Notes: generated from the letters alone by a model not told the origin. DNA of 64,000 nt from Octopus sinensis (GCF_006345805.1 NC_043002.1:15004001-15068000); one strand, 5' to 3'; positions 38,921 to 53,295 are shown, counted from the stretch's first letter. Numbers and translations: made by a program.

Positions 38921-40421
38921 GATCGACTTGCTGGTCAAATGTTTACCGCATTAAGTCAACCCCAATAGTGTGAGTATATTTAGTAGACGGTAACTAAAAG
39001 ATACCATTTTCATTTATATACGTGTGCATGCGTGTGCCTGCGTGCGCATATGCGTGTCTGTATTTCTCTTTATTCATCACATCCGTTTGAGAACACTTGT
39101 TATTTTGCTTTTTTACTCGTAACTTAGCATGTCGGCAAAAAGGAAAAATAGCATATGATAAAATTTTTGAGAGCGATACCCTAGAAGGGCCACAATCCAA
39201 TGACTGAAAGAGTTGAATGACTTATCTACGACTGAAATATATTCAATTTTTGTTGCTAAATAAGAAACCGCCAAGAAGTAGGTATTACACCGGAAAATTT
39301 CTGTAGTAGTGTATATTGAAAATATAGCTTTTGGTATCCAGAAATGTTCCCTTAATTCATGTGTACTACCGGGTCCTTTTCTTTGGCTTTCTACGTTTCT
39401 AGATGGCTTCTTTCTCGAAGCAAGAGAAGTGAGTTTATTTTTAGTCTGCCGCCAATGTGACATCAGACTTTAGTAATTATTAGGTAGATTATTAAGTGCT
39501 GAATACACCATAGGATCAAATGCCTATGTATTGCATTATTTTCTTCATAATGTTAATGATGGATGGATTAGTAAGCTCAAACCTTGAGTTCTGTAATTAA
39601 ATAAATAGAGAAGGGACCTTCAAATGAATATAAGAGGAACACGGGTATAATATTAGCAGGGGACATATATTTCTGTTTCAAGAATATCGATCAGAACGAG
39701 AGAAAAGTTACACTTTATATTACTGTAATTTGTTTGAAATTACAATTAAAAATGAATAAATTTATTTCAGATTATTTTCAAGTAGAATTACAATTTAATG
39801 AAGATTAAATGCATTACTCGTTGTATGATAAAAAAAATATCTCATATTTTGTTTTCTTTCTGGTATGTGGAATAATTCTTCGATTAATTTACATATCATT
39901 CGTTTTTGATTTGCATGCGTATTAAATTCATTAGTAAAATTAATTAATGTTCATTATGGATTATCACAACGTGAAAACATATTTTAAGAAAGCTTAGAAC
40001 TGTAAAATCGTTATTTTTTAAAACATTTTCCATTTAGTTTTCTTTCTGAGCACTAGTTACTAAATGCGATCAATAGTAGTGGAACATAGTTGTATAAAAT
40101 CTGAATATAGTAGTAATTTCAAGATTATTTGTAGGATAGTGTCAATACCAAATATTACAGGTAATAGCTGAGATCCTGATGTGCTTCAGTTTCAAGATTG
40201 ATTCATCAGAGATTATTGGATAAATACGAAACTATTTATAAATATCATATATATATATAGACGCAAGCGTGGCCATGTGGTAATAAACTTTATTCCCAAC
40301 CACATTGGTCCAGGTTCAGCACCATTGCGTTACACTTTGGGCAAGTGTCTTCTACTATAGCCTCAGGCAGACCAAAGTCATTTATGTGGAACTGGTAGGC
40401 AGAAACAGGAAGAAATCCATC

Positions 40422-40500
<79 letters not shown>

Positions 40501-41155
40501 GTAGAGTTTACGAAAAAAACAAAAGACGAAGAAAGGTGGTGTACAAAACAAACAGATGTGTTAGTATAGCGCTCAGGAATAGAAAATGTATTTTACGTTT
40601 CGCGCCTACGAACTTCTACAGAAAGGGACACAGGAAAAAATACAAGGAGAGGAAAAAATGTGTGTGTAGTGGCTAACGATCTGTCATGGTTACTAACTTC
40701 GGACAGAAGTGTCTCACAAGAGAGCGAAACGTAAGTCACAGAGAATTGCTAAAACCAATAATTAACGCAACCAAACTTCCAATAATATATTTGTTTTATC
40801 CTTTTCTGCCCATTTTTTCAAATATTCTCATCACACTGTTGAACTTCGTTATGTCCTTAACATGTCCCTGTTACCAAAGACTACATATATACATGTAATG
40901 TGGCAATTATGCAAAAAACTTTTTTGAATTCATAATATTCAATGTTGCAATTATGTAAAAAAACTTTTGAATTCATAATATTCTATGTTACTTTGACAAT
41001 CTTTTCCAAAGAGTGAAAACCGGGTAAGTAAATAAACATCTTTTAAATTGCATTTTCAAACCTTCTTTCGTATATATATAATCCATCGTGCGATACCCCA
41101 CAATCAACTTTGTTATATATTATATATATATATATATATCTATATATATATATAT

Positions 41156-41189
<34 letters not shown>

Positions 41190-41211
41190 ATTATATTCAT
41201 TGAATATACAC

Positions 41212-41243
<32 letters not shown>

Positions 41244-41348
41244 TATATATATAAAATATTATTAGAGACAAAACCACTATTTTGCAAAACAAAAACAAGG
41301 AAAGACTTAATCAATACATAAAATTTTAATAAATAGTCAAAAAAACCG

Positions 41349-41391
41349 CCACTACAATCGTTTCTTGTCTTGATCGACAATCTTCAGGTGG
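41349..41391 (-). ncRNA. type-I hammerhead ribozyme in a Penelope-type repeat (41263-41420)
   Basis: CCAC-CUGAAGA-UUGUC-GAUCAA-GACAA-GAAA-C-GAUU-GUA-GUGG. Same family as the 63.5-63.8 kb palindrome. Confidence 0.75.
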
Positions 41392-42348
41392 ACTTCCAAT
41401 AAGTCAATTTCAAATATAACATTATTTACATGCATATGCATATGTAGTTATTTATGTATATGTATATATACACATATGTATATTATATGTATACGTATAT
41501 GTGTGTAGTTGTATATGTATATGCTTTTACTGCGACGGTTATATATATATTTATATATATATAAGCATGTATGTATCTGTCAATCTATCTCCGTCCGTTT
41601 TCCGTAACTAAATAAATTGCACTTAACGTATTTTAAACCTCACATGCAAGGTTATACAAATCACAAAGCATTTGCCATTTCCAAATTTATATGCTTCTAC
41701 TTTCTTAATATTTACTAGGGACTTCTAGCAGGTGTATGTGACACAGCTTTAATACTTCACAAGTATTACCATAAAATATCACAAGGTTTCTGTACTTAGA
41801 ACATCCGTAAATTAAATTCTATTTTGGTATTTACAGATAAACCGATTTAACATCAATATCTTCTCCACAAATAGTTGTAATCTGCATAAATACATAAGAA
41901 TTTGTTTTTAAATCCCATTAGGTTTGGCGAACCCACAGAGCATATTTTCAGTTCCTCTTATATTGTTAGCATAATGGAAAAGTTTATGCTCTTCTATTTC
42001 CAATTGTTGGTAATTGAAATAACAAGACGACATGGCTTGAACTTCTGATTCTGTACAAGATTTATGTTTCGTATCCAAGTAATTTAACGTTATGTTAGTT
42101 ACATTTTATATGAGCGAAACCTCTGTGTCTATTCATTGCAAACGAATGTACATCAGACTACATGCGCAAGATCTTCACTTGCTATTTTCCACAGGCAGAT
42201 TTAAAATCACTTATTTAAAGTAAGCTTCCACGTTCACATTTAAACGAGGAAAATGGGAGCTATATGAATATATATATATATATATATATAACATTATTGG
42301 TGAATTGAAGAAATGGAGCTGAACGCAGATTGAACAGAAATCGTTTTA

Positions 42349-42438
42349 TTTCATTCTACACGTGTTTCGAAAGGCACAAATTAACAAAATCCGATTGAAT
42401 AATGGGACCATATTGTGTCTTTCTCTTCAGGAAGAAAA
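42349..42438 (-). ncRNA. type-I hammerhead ribozyme with a long stem II
   Basis: UUUUCUUC-CUGAAGA-GAAAGACACAA...UUGUGCCUUUC-GAAA-CACGUG-UA-GAAUGAAA. Stem II 10/11 paired, palindromic ACACGUGU stem III, triplet GUA. Confidence 0.8.
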
Positions 42439-43779
42439 AAGGAAATCCTTGGAAAAACAAAAAAGAACAGAGGCGGAGCAAAACAAATCGAACTGTGCAT
42501 CCTAAGAGCCCATGGCGAAACTCCATATATTTGGTATTGCTTTGCTTCAGCGCTATTTCGCCATCCTGGGGCTATAATAGTAAACACGTCTCAAAGTTGC
42601 CACGCAGTAGGATTGAACCCGAAAACATGTGGTTGAGAAGGATGGCCATATTTCAAGTTTATTCCAGTCCATTTGCAGCTAAGTATATACCAATGTTATC
42701 TATATATTTCCATGTATATTTTCATTTGATTGTATATTCTTGTCGTTCATTATACTTTATCTAGAGATTTTCCACGCATAACGTATATCAGTGTAATTTT
42801 TTTTGTAGAGTTACACTTGCATTTATATTCTTAAAATGTTTTACATCTGATGATATCTGCTTTCATTTTGTTTTACACAGTCTAGTAGCACTGATTTATC
42901 AACATACTTTTAGAATTTTGCAGTTGCATATTCAATTTGAAGAAAAAAGATACAGAAAATACGGTTGTAATTACTTTGATGATGAACATTTTGTTTTTGA
43001 TTCTTTTCACCATTTTTAAACATCAAACTGCATTACATTTCTGATATCTGTGTTTGAGATTAAAAGACGTAATTATCTTTCGACTATTCAATTCTTGTTA
43101 TATACAGAAAAAATATTCCATCAATCAGTCTTTTGTTAAATCTACTTTTATTGCGTTCTTGATTATTTTTTATCAATAATGAACTGACTGCATGTTGTAG
43201 TTTGTTATCATAAAAGTAAAGTTTCATCTAATCAAATGTTGCTAGTTTTGACACGTTTGTCAATGACTGGGTATTTCTTAACGTATGATAATAAGGGTTA
43301 TACTACGTTGTAAAAGTAGTGTTGTATCCATTCACAATCGATTTAAGAAAGGTCACAAAATCTTTCAATATGCAGCATTAAAAAGTATATGGGATAACGT
43401 ATTCTTATAGAGTAATCTTCACTAGGTAACCGCTTGATTTTGAGCTCGGCCCCCAGCGCTCGGCAATTTGGTGACAACAAATATCGCTCCAAGCCGATTA
43501 ATTACTTGAGTGAAGTTTCTGAATAGAAATTGTGCCGAAGTCCTTCGCAAGTAGACACGCACGTACATACATACATACATGCATGCATACATACATACAT
43601 ACATACACACATGCATGCATGCATGCATACATACATACATACATACATACATACATACATACATACATACGTACATACATACGCACATACATACATACAT
43701 ACATACATTACATACATACATACAATATGTGTTATCCTAACACGTGACAACACGTATTGGCTCGTTTAAGCCGTTATAA

Positions 43780-44010
43780 ATATATTTCTTTACTGCCCAC
43801 TAGGGGGAAAACATAGAGAGGACAAACAAGTACAGACAAAGAGATTAAGTGGATTATATCGGACCAGTGCGAAACTGGTACTTTATTTATCGACCCCGAA
43901 ATGATGAAAGGCAAAATCTACGTCGGCGGAATTTGAACTCAGAACGTAACGACAGACGAAATACGGCTACGCATTTCGCCTGGCGCGCTAACGTTTCTAC
44001 CAGCTCGGCT
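43780..44010 (-). mobile_element. family B SINE, full length
   Basis: Reverse complement of the 7349-7580 unit. Confidence 0.85.
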
Positions 44011-44233
44011 GTCATAAATAAATGGTTCAACAATAAGGACCGATGACAGAAGTAGCACACTTAAACAAAAAAATGTACCGGGAGCAATTTGATTGGCTGA
44101 AGGCATCATCGGTGAATGACACCGATAAATGATTGAAACGGTAACCACATATTACTCTTCCCTTTAATATAATGAGCGTTAAAATTTAGATTTGGAATGA
44201 ATTATCTTTACAGTATAAATGGAAAATACAAAT

Positions 44234-44628
44234 ACTCTTTTACTCTTTTACTTGTTTCAGTCATTTGACTGCGGCCATGCTGGAGCACCGCCTTTAGTCG
44301 ATCAGATCGACCCCGGGACTTATTCTTTGTAAGCCCATTACTTATTCTATCGGTCTCTTTTGCTGAACCGCTAAGTGACGGGGACGTAAACACTCTAGCA
44401 TCGGTTGTCAAGCAATGCTAGGGGGGCAAACATAGACACACAAACACACACACACACATACATATATATACGACAGGCTTCTTTCAGTTTCCGTCTACCA
44501 AATCCACTCACAAGGCAATGGTCGGCCCGGGGCTATAGCAGAAGACACTTGCCCAAGATGCAACGCAGTAGGACTGAACCCGGAACCATGCAGTTTGTTA
44601 GCAAGCTACTTACCACACAGCCACTCCT
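44234..44628 (-). mobile_element. family A SINE, full length
   Basis: Head at 44628; tail ggcggtgctccagcatggccgcagtcaaatgactgaaacaagtaaaagagtaaaagag. Confidence 0.9.
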
Positions 44629-44869
44629 AGGCACTCTTTAAGTAATAATCTAACCATTGTCCAAGTGAGTAACGTTCCACGAAGCCCAAAGATTACAATG
44701 AATCGAACAATCTAAAAGATACACCCTAAAATATATGTAATTACGTATAGTCCCCTGCATGTCTGATAGTTATAAATTCATACTAGACTTACACACGATA
44801 TAAATCAATTATAATGAAACATGTTATTGCGAGGAATCAGAAAATATTGTATCAAGAAGAATCTTTCTA

Positions 44870-46139
44870 CGAGGGGCGTTCAATAAGTAATGCCCCTGAC
44901 CCATTTCCCATAGCAGTAGAGCAACGACACTTGGCACAGTTATTAGTCTTTTCATACATAGGAACTACACAGAGTTATGCATTTCTCCCATCGTTTGATA
45001 CAGCTCTGGACACCGTTTATGTAGAAGACCCCAGCTTGGTCCTCCAACCACGACGTGACTTCAGAAATCAAGGCTGCATCATCTGGGAAACGTTTTCCTT
45101 TCAAAATCAACTTCATGGCTGGGAAGAGGTGAAAATCAGAGGGTGCAAGGGGAGGAGTTCATAGCTGCACGCCTGTGCTTCTGATCTAGCGACACGCGAG
45201 TTGTGGACGGGAGCGTTGTCCTGCAGGAGGAGGATGTATTTGCTGATCTTGCCCCGCCTCTTGATTTTGATAGCTTCTCTTAATTTCCTCAAAAGTGAAG
45301 CATAATAGGCTCCTGTAATTGTGGTACCCTTTGCCAGGAAATCTGTCATCACTACTCCGCCCTGGTCCCAGAAGACTGTGAGCATAACCTTGTCAGCGGA
45401 GGGCTGCACCCTTGCCTTCTTTGGAGGAGGTAAGTCACGGTGCTTTCACTGCATTGAATGGGCTTTGGTCTATGGATCATAGTGATGGACCCAGGTTTTA
45501 TCCTGTGTGATCAGTCTTTTGAAATATTTTGACTCATCTTCTTGGCACATCTCCAAATTCATCCTCGAGCACTCAACGCGTTCTTGCTTCTGGAAAGGTG
45601 TGAGCAACCTGGAAATCCATCTGGCAGACACCTTTTCCATATGCAAATGGTCATGAATGAAATTTTCCACAGACCAGGTACTAATCCTGACCTTATGGGC
45701 TTTTTGGCGAATAGTTATGCGTTGACCTTCCAAAATGGCAGCCTCAACTTGACGGACAGACGTCTCATCAACGGCAGAAGGGGGCGACCAGATCTGGGAG
45801 CTGTTTCTACAGAGTTCCTACTATGTTTGAATTCACAATGCCAGCGTTTTACAAGGTCATATGATGGGGCATCATCACCATCAGTTACTTTCATTTCATC
45901 AAAAGTTTCCCGTGGTGTGCGTCCTTTCAAATACAAAAACCAGATCACTGCTCGACACTCAACAGGCTCCATTTCACACTTAACTCAGTTCAAACAGCTG
46001 TAAATCAGAAACCACAATTAGTTAAGGGCTGTGATTCGCCACTTAATCTATAGAGGTATAAATACGTGCACATGCAAGATTTCAGCTAGATCAAACAATT
46101 GCAAATGGGCCAGGGGCATTACTTATTGAACGACCCGCG
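44870..46139 (-). mobile_element. complete mariner (DD34D-type) transposon with a disrupted transposase
   Basis: TIRs cgaggggcgttcaataagtaatgcccctg / caggggcattacttattgaacgacccgcg with TA on both sides. Motifs MEPVECRAVIWFLYLKG (ATG 45972), ITQDKTWVHHYDP, KVMLTVFWD, LLQDNAPVH, LAPSDFHLFP. Frameshifts are present and HPPYSPD is lost. Confidence 0.95.
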
Positions 46140-46371
46140 TATGCGCATTCGATAATCAATCAATTCACCTGAAATGTGATGTAATCCATTTACATACGGC
46201 ATTTATACATCATACACGGATATGGCCATGCGTACATACACAGATATCAACTTAATATATATGTAAATGTACATATATATATATATATTAATATATATAT
46301 ATAATATATATATATATATTATATAACATATATATATATAAACGTATGTTAGAGCATCCGATTCTGTTAAT

Positions 46372-46601
46372 CTTTTATTCTTTTACTTGTTTCAATAATT
46401 TGACTGCGGCCATGCTGGAGCACCGCCTTTAGTGGAGCAAATTGACCCCAGGGAGTCATTTTTGTAAGCCTAGTACTCATTCTATCGTTCTCTTTTGCCG
46501 AACCGCTAGATAACGGGGACGTTAACACACCAGCATCTGTCGTCAAGCGATGTTGGTGGGACAAACACAGACACACAAACATATATACACACATATACAT
46601 A

Positions 46602-46642
<41 letters not shown>

Positions 46643-46840
46643 TGTGTGTGTGTGTGTGTGTGTGTGTAAATATATACGACGGGCTTATTTCAGTTTCCGT
46701 CTATCATATCCACTGACAAGGATTTTGTCAGCCCATAGCTATAGTAGAAGTCACTTGCCCAAGATGCCACGTTGTGGGACTGAACCTAGAATCATGTGGT
46801 TGGTAAGCAAGCTACTTACCACACAGCCACTCCTGCGCCT
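46372..46840 (-). mobile_element. family A SINE, full length
   Basis: Head, CORE-like segment and tail. Confidence 0.9.
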
Positions 46841-47500
46841 TCTTAAAATATTATTTACACATCACTGAGAAACAAAGCTAAGTAATTTTAGTGCAGCAGA
46901 AAACATCACCAACAGACAAACAGTTCTAAAATGTATTGATTTTAGCGTAAAATGTATATTCCAGATGAGCAACTCTTATTTTAAATAAAAATGTCTTTAT
47001 CCTGAATTTGTGATGAGTGTTTAAAGAAATGTATTTGCCATTGAATTGAAAAGTACGAATGGGATTATGATATGAACACCAGAGATGTAGGAAAAGAAGA
47101 AACGTTTAATTAATTAAATTTGAACCCTTAGTGATTGGATCAAGCATTGTCGAAAATTACAAGGGATGGATTTCATGCTAAGAGCTAAGATACCACATGA
47201 ACAAAATTACTACAGATAACGTTCTCTGTTTAGACACATGCACAAGATACACCCTGAATATAGATGTAAATGTATGGGACTATAGAGAAACCAGGATGGC
47301 AACATCTGCATCATAGCATAAGTCTCAAGAATGAAATGCTGTCTCGAAACCTTTGATTTCATTCACAGATAGAAGTGTTTTCTCATATAACGTAATTGAC
47401 GATGCACAGTAGAGCGCTCATATACGTCTCATATTGCGAAATGCTTGGATTACTTGGACAGTGTTCTTGCTACAGGATATTCTATCTGAAAATCTATACA

Positions 47501-48325
47501 TACGAAGGTCAAACGGACGATGAACAAGGAACTATTTACTAACACTCAACAGAATACGTGCAAAGAGGTGCTGTTATTTTTCCATTATATCTATCTCGAA
47601 ATATTCTTCACGATATCACACAGAGTACATACAAGATGCATTCCTAATAAAGCTGCATCACCTCTTCCAATTGTCTTTTCTGTATCCTACAACACAGTGA
47701 TTGTAGTTAGTCATTCCTAATTCTCCTGAGGTATGCACTGACTTGATTTTGAATATGAACAACATGTAGAGATGTACTTACCTCATCGGGTGAATATATG
47801 AACTTGACTCAGTCAATGGCGCATCAAGTGACAATCTAGCTGTTTTCGTTGATGCAGAATAAAAGACGCTGATGTGATCGATGATGGAAGAATGCAATAT
47901 GTGTTGGTATTTGAATTTAGAGAAAAGAAAGTCCGGCAAAATACCACAAACAAACAATCATATTACCACGAATCGGAAACAACCGCATCACAGAAATTCA
48001 TTCATCGAAACATGTTCTACAATTTGTATTCTTGAAATGTGCAATCTCAAAGCTAACAACGTCCTTGTTGCAAATATTGAAAGGTTTCAAGCATTCATAG
48101 TCGTTTGCTAATTTGCCTTTCCTTGCATATACGTCATATGTACGTATTATGTATGCACTGTTGACTCTCTCGTCGAAGACAGCGTATGACCATTCAGCAA
48201 TTTGCCGAATGAGATGCACAAATGATTTGTTTATAGTGATCAAAATGTGTGTGCCGCACATTAGATCACTCTCTTCATGAAAAGGTTGTCTGAGAAGGTG
48301 CACGGTGTATGTATAGACCTTCGTA
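47501..48325. mobile_element. old mariner-like derivative
   Basis: Terminal inverted tacgaaggtc / gaccttcgta resembles mariner TIR ends. Interior highly decayed. Confidence 0.5.
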
Positions 48326-48512
48326 TGACTGAAAAGGTTCACGGTGTGTCATCATAGTGCGTTAGGTGTTGAAGTGAATACAGAGCAACGTGAGATGAAT
48401 TGTTTTGCTAAAGAACACAACGCACAATCCGGTTTAGGAATTGAAAGTGAAGTATGATCTCGCGATCGTGCGTCCAACATCCTAACCTCTAGGCCATGTG
48501 CCTTCACATGTT

Positions 48513-48544
<32 letters not shown>

Positions 48545-48563
48545 GCGAGAGAGAGATAAATAT

Positions 48564-48630
<67 letters not shown>

Positions 48631-48850
48631 TAGATATATTTCAAAATGTAACCACATGTTAATCGTTGGCGATTTTCTTCCTCCATCTTCCCTTCTATTG
48701 GACTTTCCAGCGTTTCCGAAGAAGAACGCCTGCTCGAAATCTTGACCCATCTGTGTTTCCATCATTGTGTGTACGCTAAATACTTTACATCTTTTCATGT
48801 ACCACGTCCTCGCGTTACTATTTTTCTCATTTTGTCTCCTTCTATGGATT

Positions 48851-48936
<86 letters not shown>

Positions 48937-49496
48937 AATAGAGATAGAGAGACATATATATAGAGAGAAAGAGACCGAGAGTAGCGAGAATGCGAGAGAT
49001 ACACATATATATAGAAAGAGGAAATTAAAGAGATATGAATATACTATATATAATTTTTAGATATATGCATATTTTCGTCCTATATAGTTGTCTATATATT
49101 TTATACAATCATAACTTGTAGCTAATTCGATTATCATATTATGAAGGAAGGTAGTTATGGAATTGTCTTTCTTGTATCACACACTACTTTCAAGTATATA
49201 AGGCTCATGCTGATATTGATCAACTGTTTTCAGCAAGAGACCTATATTTTATGAAACGGATTTTTCAGATAATTGATTTCAGTACGATCGTAATTGTGTT
49301 ATATACGCTATAATAAGGGTTAATTGCAAAATGGTGTTTGTGACCCATAACTACAACAACAGTATCACGCTTAGGTAAGCATTCTATTCTAGGATCTAAT
49401 TTAATATTTTGTTTAGCCGTGATCCTCATCCAGAATCGATATTATTGTGAATTTAGCTGCGGTGTTTTGTGATTCAGCATATATATCTTATTATAA

Positions 49497-49935
49497 TCTC
49501 TTATTATAAAAGGCAGATTTTATCTGCCTCCCTTTGGGAGTTATACAAATCTACAATATAGGATTTCTTCAATTACAATTTACCTAGCATTTTTAAGAGT
49601 ACAATGCATCGCGTCATGCCAGGTCCAGTTTTCAAAATTTAAACTCTAATTAAGCAAAATTTACAGAAAACTCACATTCTGGTGTGTGTCAAATGCTTTT
49701 CTTAGTCTGGTTTACACCACACGCAAACGCACACACACAGTGGGCAACGAATAAAATGAAACTAATTCACTTACTGTAGTGAGTGATTCTTTCACTCTGC
49801 TCCCACTTCCTCTTTCCACACATAGACACGCAAATATATAAATAAAATTGTAAGCTAACGTGCGTGTGTGTCAGTGTGTGTGTATGTGTGTGCGTGTGTG
49901 TGTGTGTGTGAGGGTGCGTGTGGTGTGTGTGGGCG
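49497..49935 (+). mobile_element. non-autonomous Helitron 5' part (unit B)
   Basis: TC start tctcttattataaaaggcagattttatctgcc. Homologous to 51438-51950. Confidence 0.75.
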
Positions 49936-49999
49936 TGTGCGTGAGTGTGTGACAGGAAAGTTTTTACGATGAATATAAGACCTATATCCAAGTAGCAGA

Positions 50000-50265
50000 A
50001 AGATAAGACAGTAAGTGTGTATTTGAGGGAGATTTGGCTGCTATTTCTAACCATGTCTAGCTGCCATGTAGGGGTCTCCCTCATAGGCTCATACATATAC
50101 ATAGATAAGACAGTAAGGTGTGATTTGGGGGAAATTTGGCTGCTATTTCTACCAGGTCTAGCTACCATGTAGAGGTCCCCCTCATTGGCTCATATATATA
50201 TACATACATAAGACAGTAAGGTGTGATTTGAGGGAGATTTGGCTGCTGTTTCTACCAGGTCTGTT
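50000..50265 (+). repeat. ~100 bp tandem repeat, ~2.6 copies
   Basis: ataagacagtaag...gatttggctgctatttct recurs at ~50003, ~50105 and ~50208. Confidence 0.85.
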
Positions 50266-50626
50266 AGGCCTTCTCATGTAAACTCAAGCTTTCTCATGCC
50301 TTGAACATAAGACCAAAACAGAGAATGTATTCTTTTATTCTTCTGCTTTTTCCAGCCATTGGTCTGTGGCCATGCTGGGGCAATGCCTTGAAGAATTGTA
50401 GTTTAATGAATCAACTCCAGTTTTATTTTTGTAAGCATTGTACTTATTCTATCTGTTTCCTTTGTCAAACCACTAGGTGACAGGGATGTAAACAAAACAA
50501 CATTCGTTGTCAAGCAGTGGTGGAGGACAATCACAAGCACAGACACGCACACACACACACACATACATGCATACACATATAACACACATACATACAAACA
50601 CATATATATATATGTGTATATATATA

Positions 50627-50883
50627 TTGCAGCGTGGAAGGTGTTTGTAAGCCATTTAAGAAACACACAAAACCGTTACATTCACTTCAACATTTAAATT
50701 TAATTTGCCAAAATATTTTCGTCGCTTTGAGACCGCGACCTGTTCACTGACAAAAATATCGTGCTAACAGGTCGCGGTCTCAAAGCGACGAAAATATTTT
50801 GACAAATTAAATTTAAATGTTGAAGTGAATCTAACGGTTTTTGTGTGTTTCTTAATGGCTTATAAACACCTTCAACGCTGCAA
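50627..50883. mobile_element. palindromic MITE, ~118 bp arms
   Basis: ttgcagcgtggaaggtgtttgtaagcc...cgacctgtt versus aacaggtcg...ccttcaacgctgcaa. Confidence 0.9.
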
Positions 50884-51046
50884 CTGTTTTCGTTCCAGCA
50901 CACGATCTCAGATCAAGTCACTTGCTATGCAAGTACATCTCTCTGTAACTATTATATATTTATATATATATATATATGTATATTGGTAAAAACAGTAAGA
51001 TAACAAAAGAAAGAAAGAGACCTCAATATTATGTAAATAGAGGAAA

Positions 51047-53152
51047 TCTTTATATATAAAAGTGAGTTGTGTGTCTGTCTCCTACGATTTAGATTCCTAA
51101 CTACTCCCACATTTTGCGGTTCAGTTTAACCAAAACCGGGTATCTTATAGTCGTGATTCATATCGAGACCGTCTGGGTATTAGCGCGCGTCTACGATGAG
51201 TCTACGATTTAAAAAAATTAACCATCAATTTTTCCCATTGTTAATCCATTTTGACATATATAAGGGAAGTAACTCTCTAAAATTTATTATTAAATCTCAG
51301 AACGTAAAAAGCTACAGTAACACCCCTCCCCCTTTGTGGTTAGCCATATTGAGATGGCTATTATACTTTACATCTCTAAAAATGCTTATATAATTATTTC
51401 CCTTACAAACCCGAGCAACGCCGGGCGATACTGCTAGTCTTATTATAAAAGGCAGATTTTATCTGCCTCCCTTTGTCTCTTATAGAAATCTACAATATAG
51501 GATTTCTTCAATTACAATTTACCTAGCATTTTTAAGAGTAGAATGCATCCGGTCGTGCCAGGTTCAGTTTTTCAAATTTCAACCCCAATTAAGCAAAATT
51601 TAGAGAAAACTCACATTGTGGTGTCTAAGTCAAATGCTTTTCTTAGTGTGGGCTACAGCACACGCAGACGCACGCACGCACAAACGGAGCGAACTGTTTC
51701 ACTGACGCTATCACACTAATTTCTCCTCCTTTGTCTTTGCAAGTGTGCAACGATTAAAGTGAAAGTAATTCACTTTTTGTTGTGAGTGACTCTTTCACTC
51801 TGCATTCCCACTTCCACTTTACACACATAGACACGCAAATATATAAATAAAATTGTAAGCTAACGTGTGTGTGTGTGTGCGTGTGTGTGAGTGTGTGTGC
51901 GTGTGGTGTGTGTGAGAGCGTGCGTGTGTGTGTGTGTGTGTGAGTGTGTGACAGGAAAGTTTTTTAGGACGAATATAAGACCTAAAGTATATCCAAGTAG
52001 CAGAAAGATCGCCCAAAAGTGCATATAGATATTTAAATGTATTTATATATTCATCTATACACAGATTTATGTATAATGTGTGCGTATATATTTCCATAGA
52101 GGTAACCTTTCACTCCATACAAAGTTTTTTAGGACGAACATAAGATCTAAAGTCATCTCTAAGTAGCACAAAGATCGCCCAAAAGTGTATATAGATATTT
52201 AAATGTATTTATATATTCATCTATGCACACATGTATGTATAACGTGTGTGTATATATTTCCATAGAGGTAACCATTCAATCCATACAAAGTTTTTTAGGA
52301 CGAAAATATTTATATATAAAAGAAAGTTTGTGTGTCTGTCTACTCCGATTTAGATTGCTAACTACTCCCACATTTTGCGATGCAGTTTAACCAAAACCGG
52401 GTATCTTATAGTCGTGATTCATATCGAGCCCTTCTGGGTATTAGCGCGCGTCTACGATGAGTCTATAATTTTACAAATAATTTACCATCATTTTTTCCCA
52501 TTTTAATGCATATTTCTTTAAATAAAGGGAAGTAACTCTCAAACTTCACACCAATATGCGTGCTCATATGCGACGTAATATCACATCAGCAGCATTTCCT
52601 CACACCCTCCTTGCACATGGCGAACGCAAAATACCAGGGGATGAAAATGGTAATATTGCCATCGATTCCATTTGTACCATTGTTAAGACGCCTTCTGATC
52701 TCAGAGATGCAGTGTTCCCAGATCTACAAGCTAATTATCAGAATATGGATTGGATTGGCAAAAAGGCTATACTGGCCCCGACGAATAAAACTGTTCACCA
52801 TATTAATGAAGAAATGCTAAAACTCATTCCTGGGGAAGTCTATGTATATCAGTCTATCGATACAAATCCTGACCCAGAGGACGTCATCAACTATCCAATA
52901 GAGGTACTCAATTCCTTTGAGCACCCCGAACTACCATCACACTTTCTCAAACTTAAAGTTGGTGCCCCTATAATGCTCATCAGAAATTTGGTTCCCCCAA
53001 AACAATGCAATGGCACACGTTTGATCGTTAAGTCCTTATCTCCCAACGTAAACTTATATCAATATTTGCCTGAATAATCATCATAATTCAGTGCAATCAT
53101 TAACAGTACTTTCAAGCAATTCAGCCCCGTGCAACGCCGGGCAATTCTGCTA

Positions 53153-53153
<1 letters not shown>
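51047..53153 (+). mobile_element. composite Helitron: unit A (51047-51437) + unit B (51438-~52306) + unit A' with helicase fragment (52307-53153)
   Basis: TC 5' ends. 3' hairpin plus CTAG ends (cccgagcaacgccggg...ctag at 51437; cccgtgcaacgccggg...ctag at 53153). Direct CTAG|TC junction. A ~165 bp internal tandem duplication at 51955-52305. Confidence 0.85.
52541..53077 (+). pseudogene. Helitron PIF1-family helicase C-terminal fragment
   Basis: KLHTNMRAH...AILAPTN...YQSID...YPIEVLNS...LPSHFLKLKVGAPIMLIRNL..PKQCNGTRLIV are standard Helitron helicase motifs. Confidence 0.9.
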
Positions 53154-53188
<35 letters not shown>

Positions 53189-53246
53189 CATATATGTATC
53201 TAATCATGCATATATATAATTCATAGATATATTATTAATAAATATA

Positions 53247-53287
<41 letters not shown>

Positions 53288-53295
<8 letters not shown>

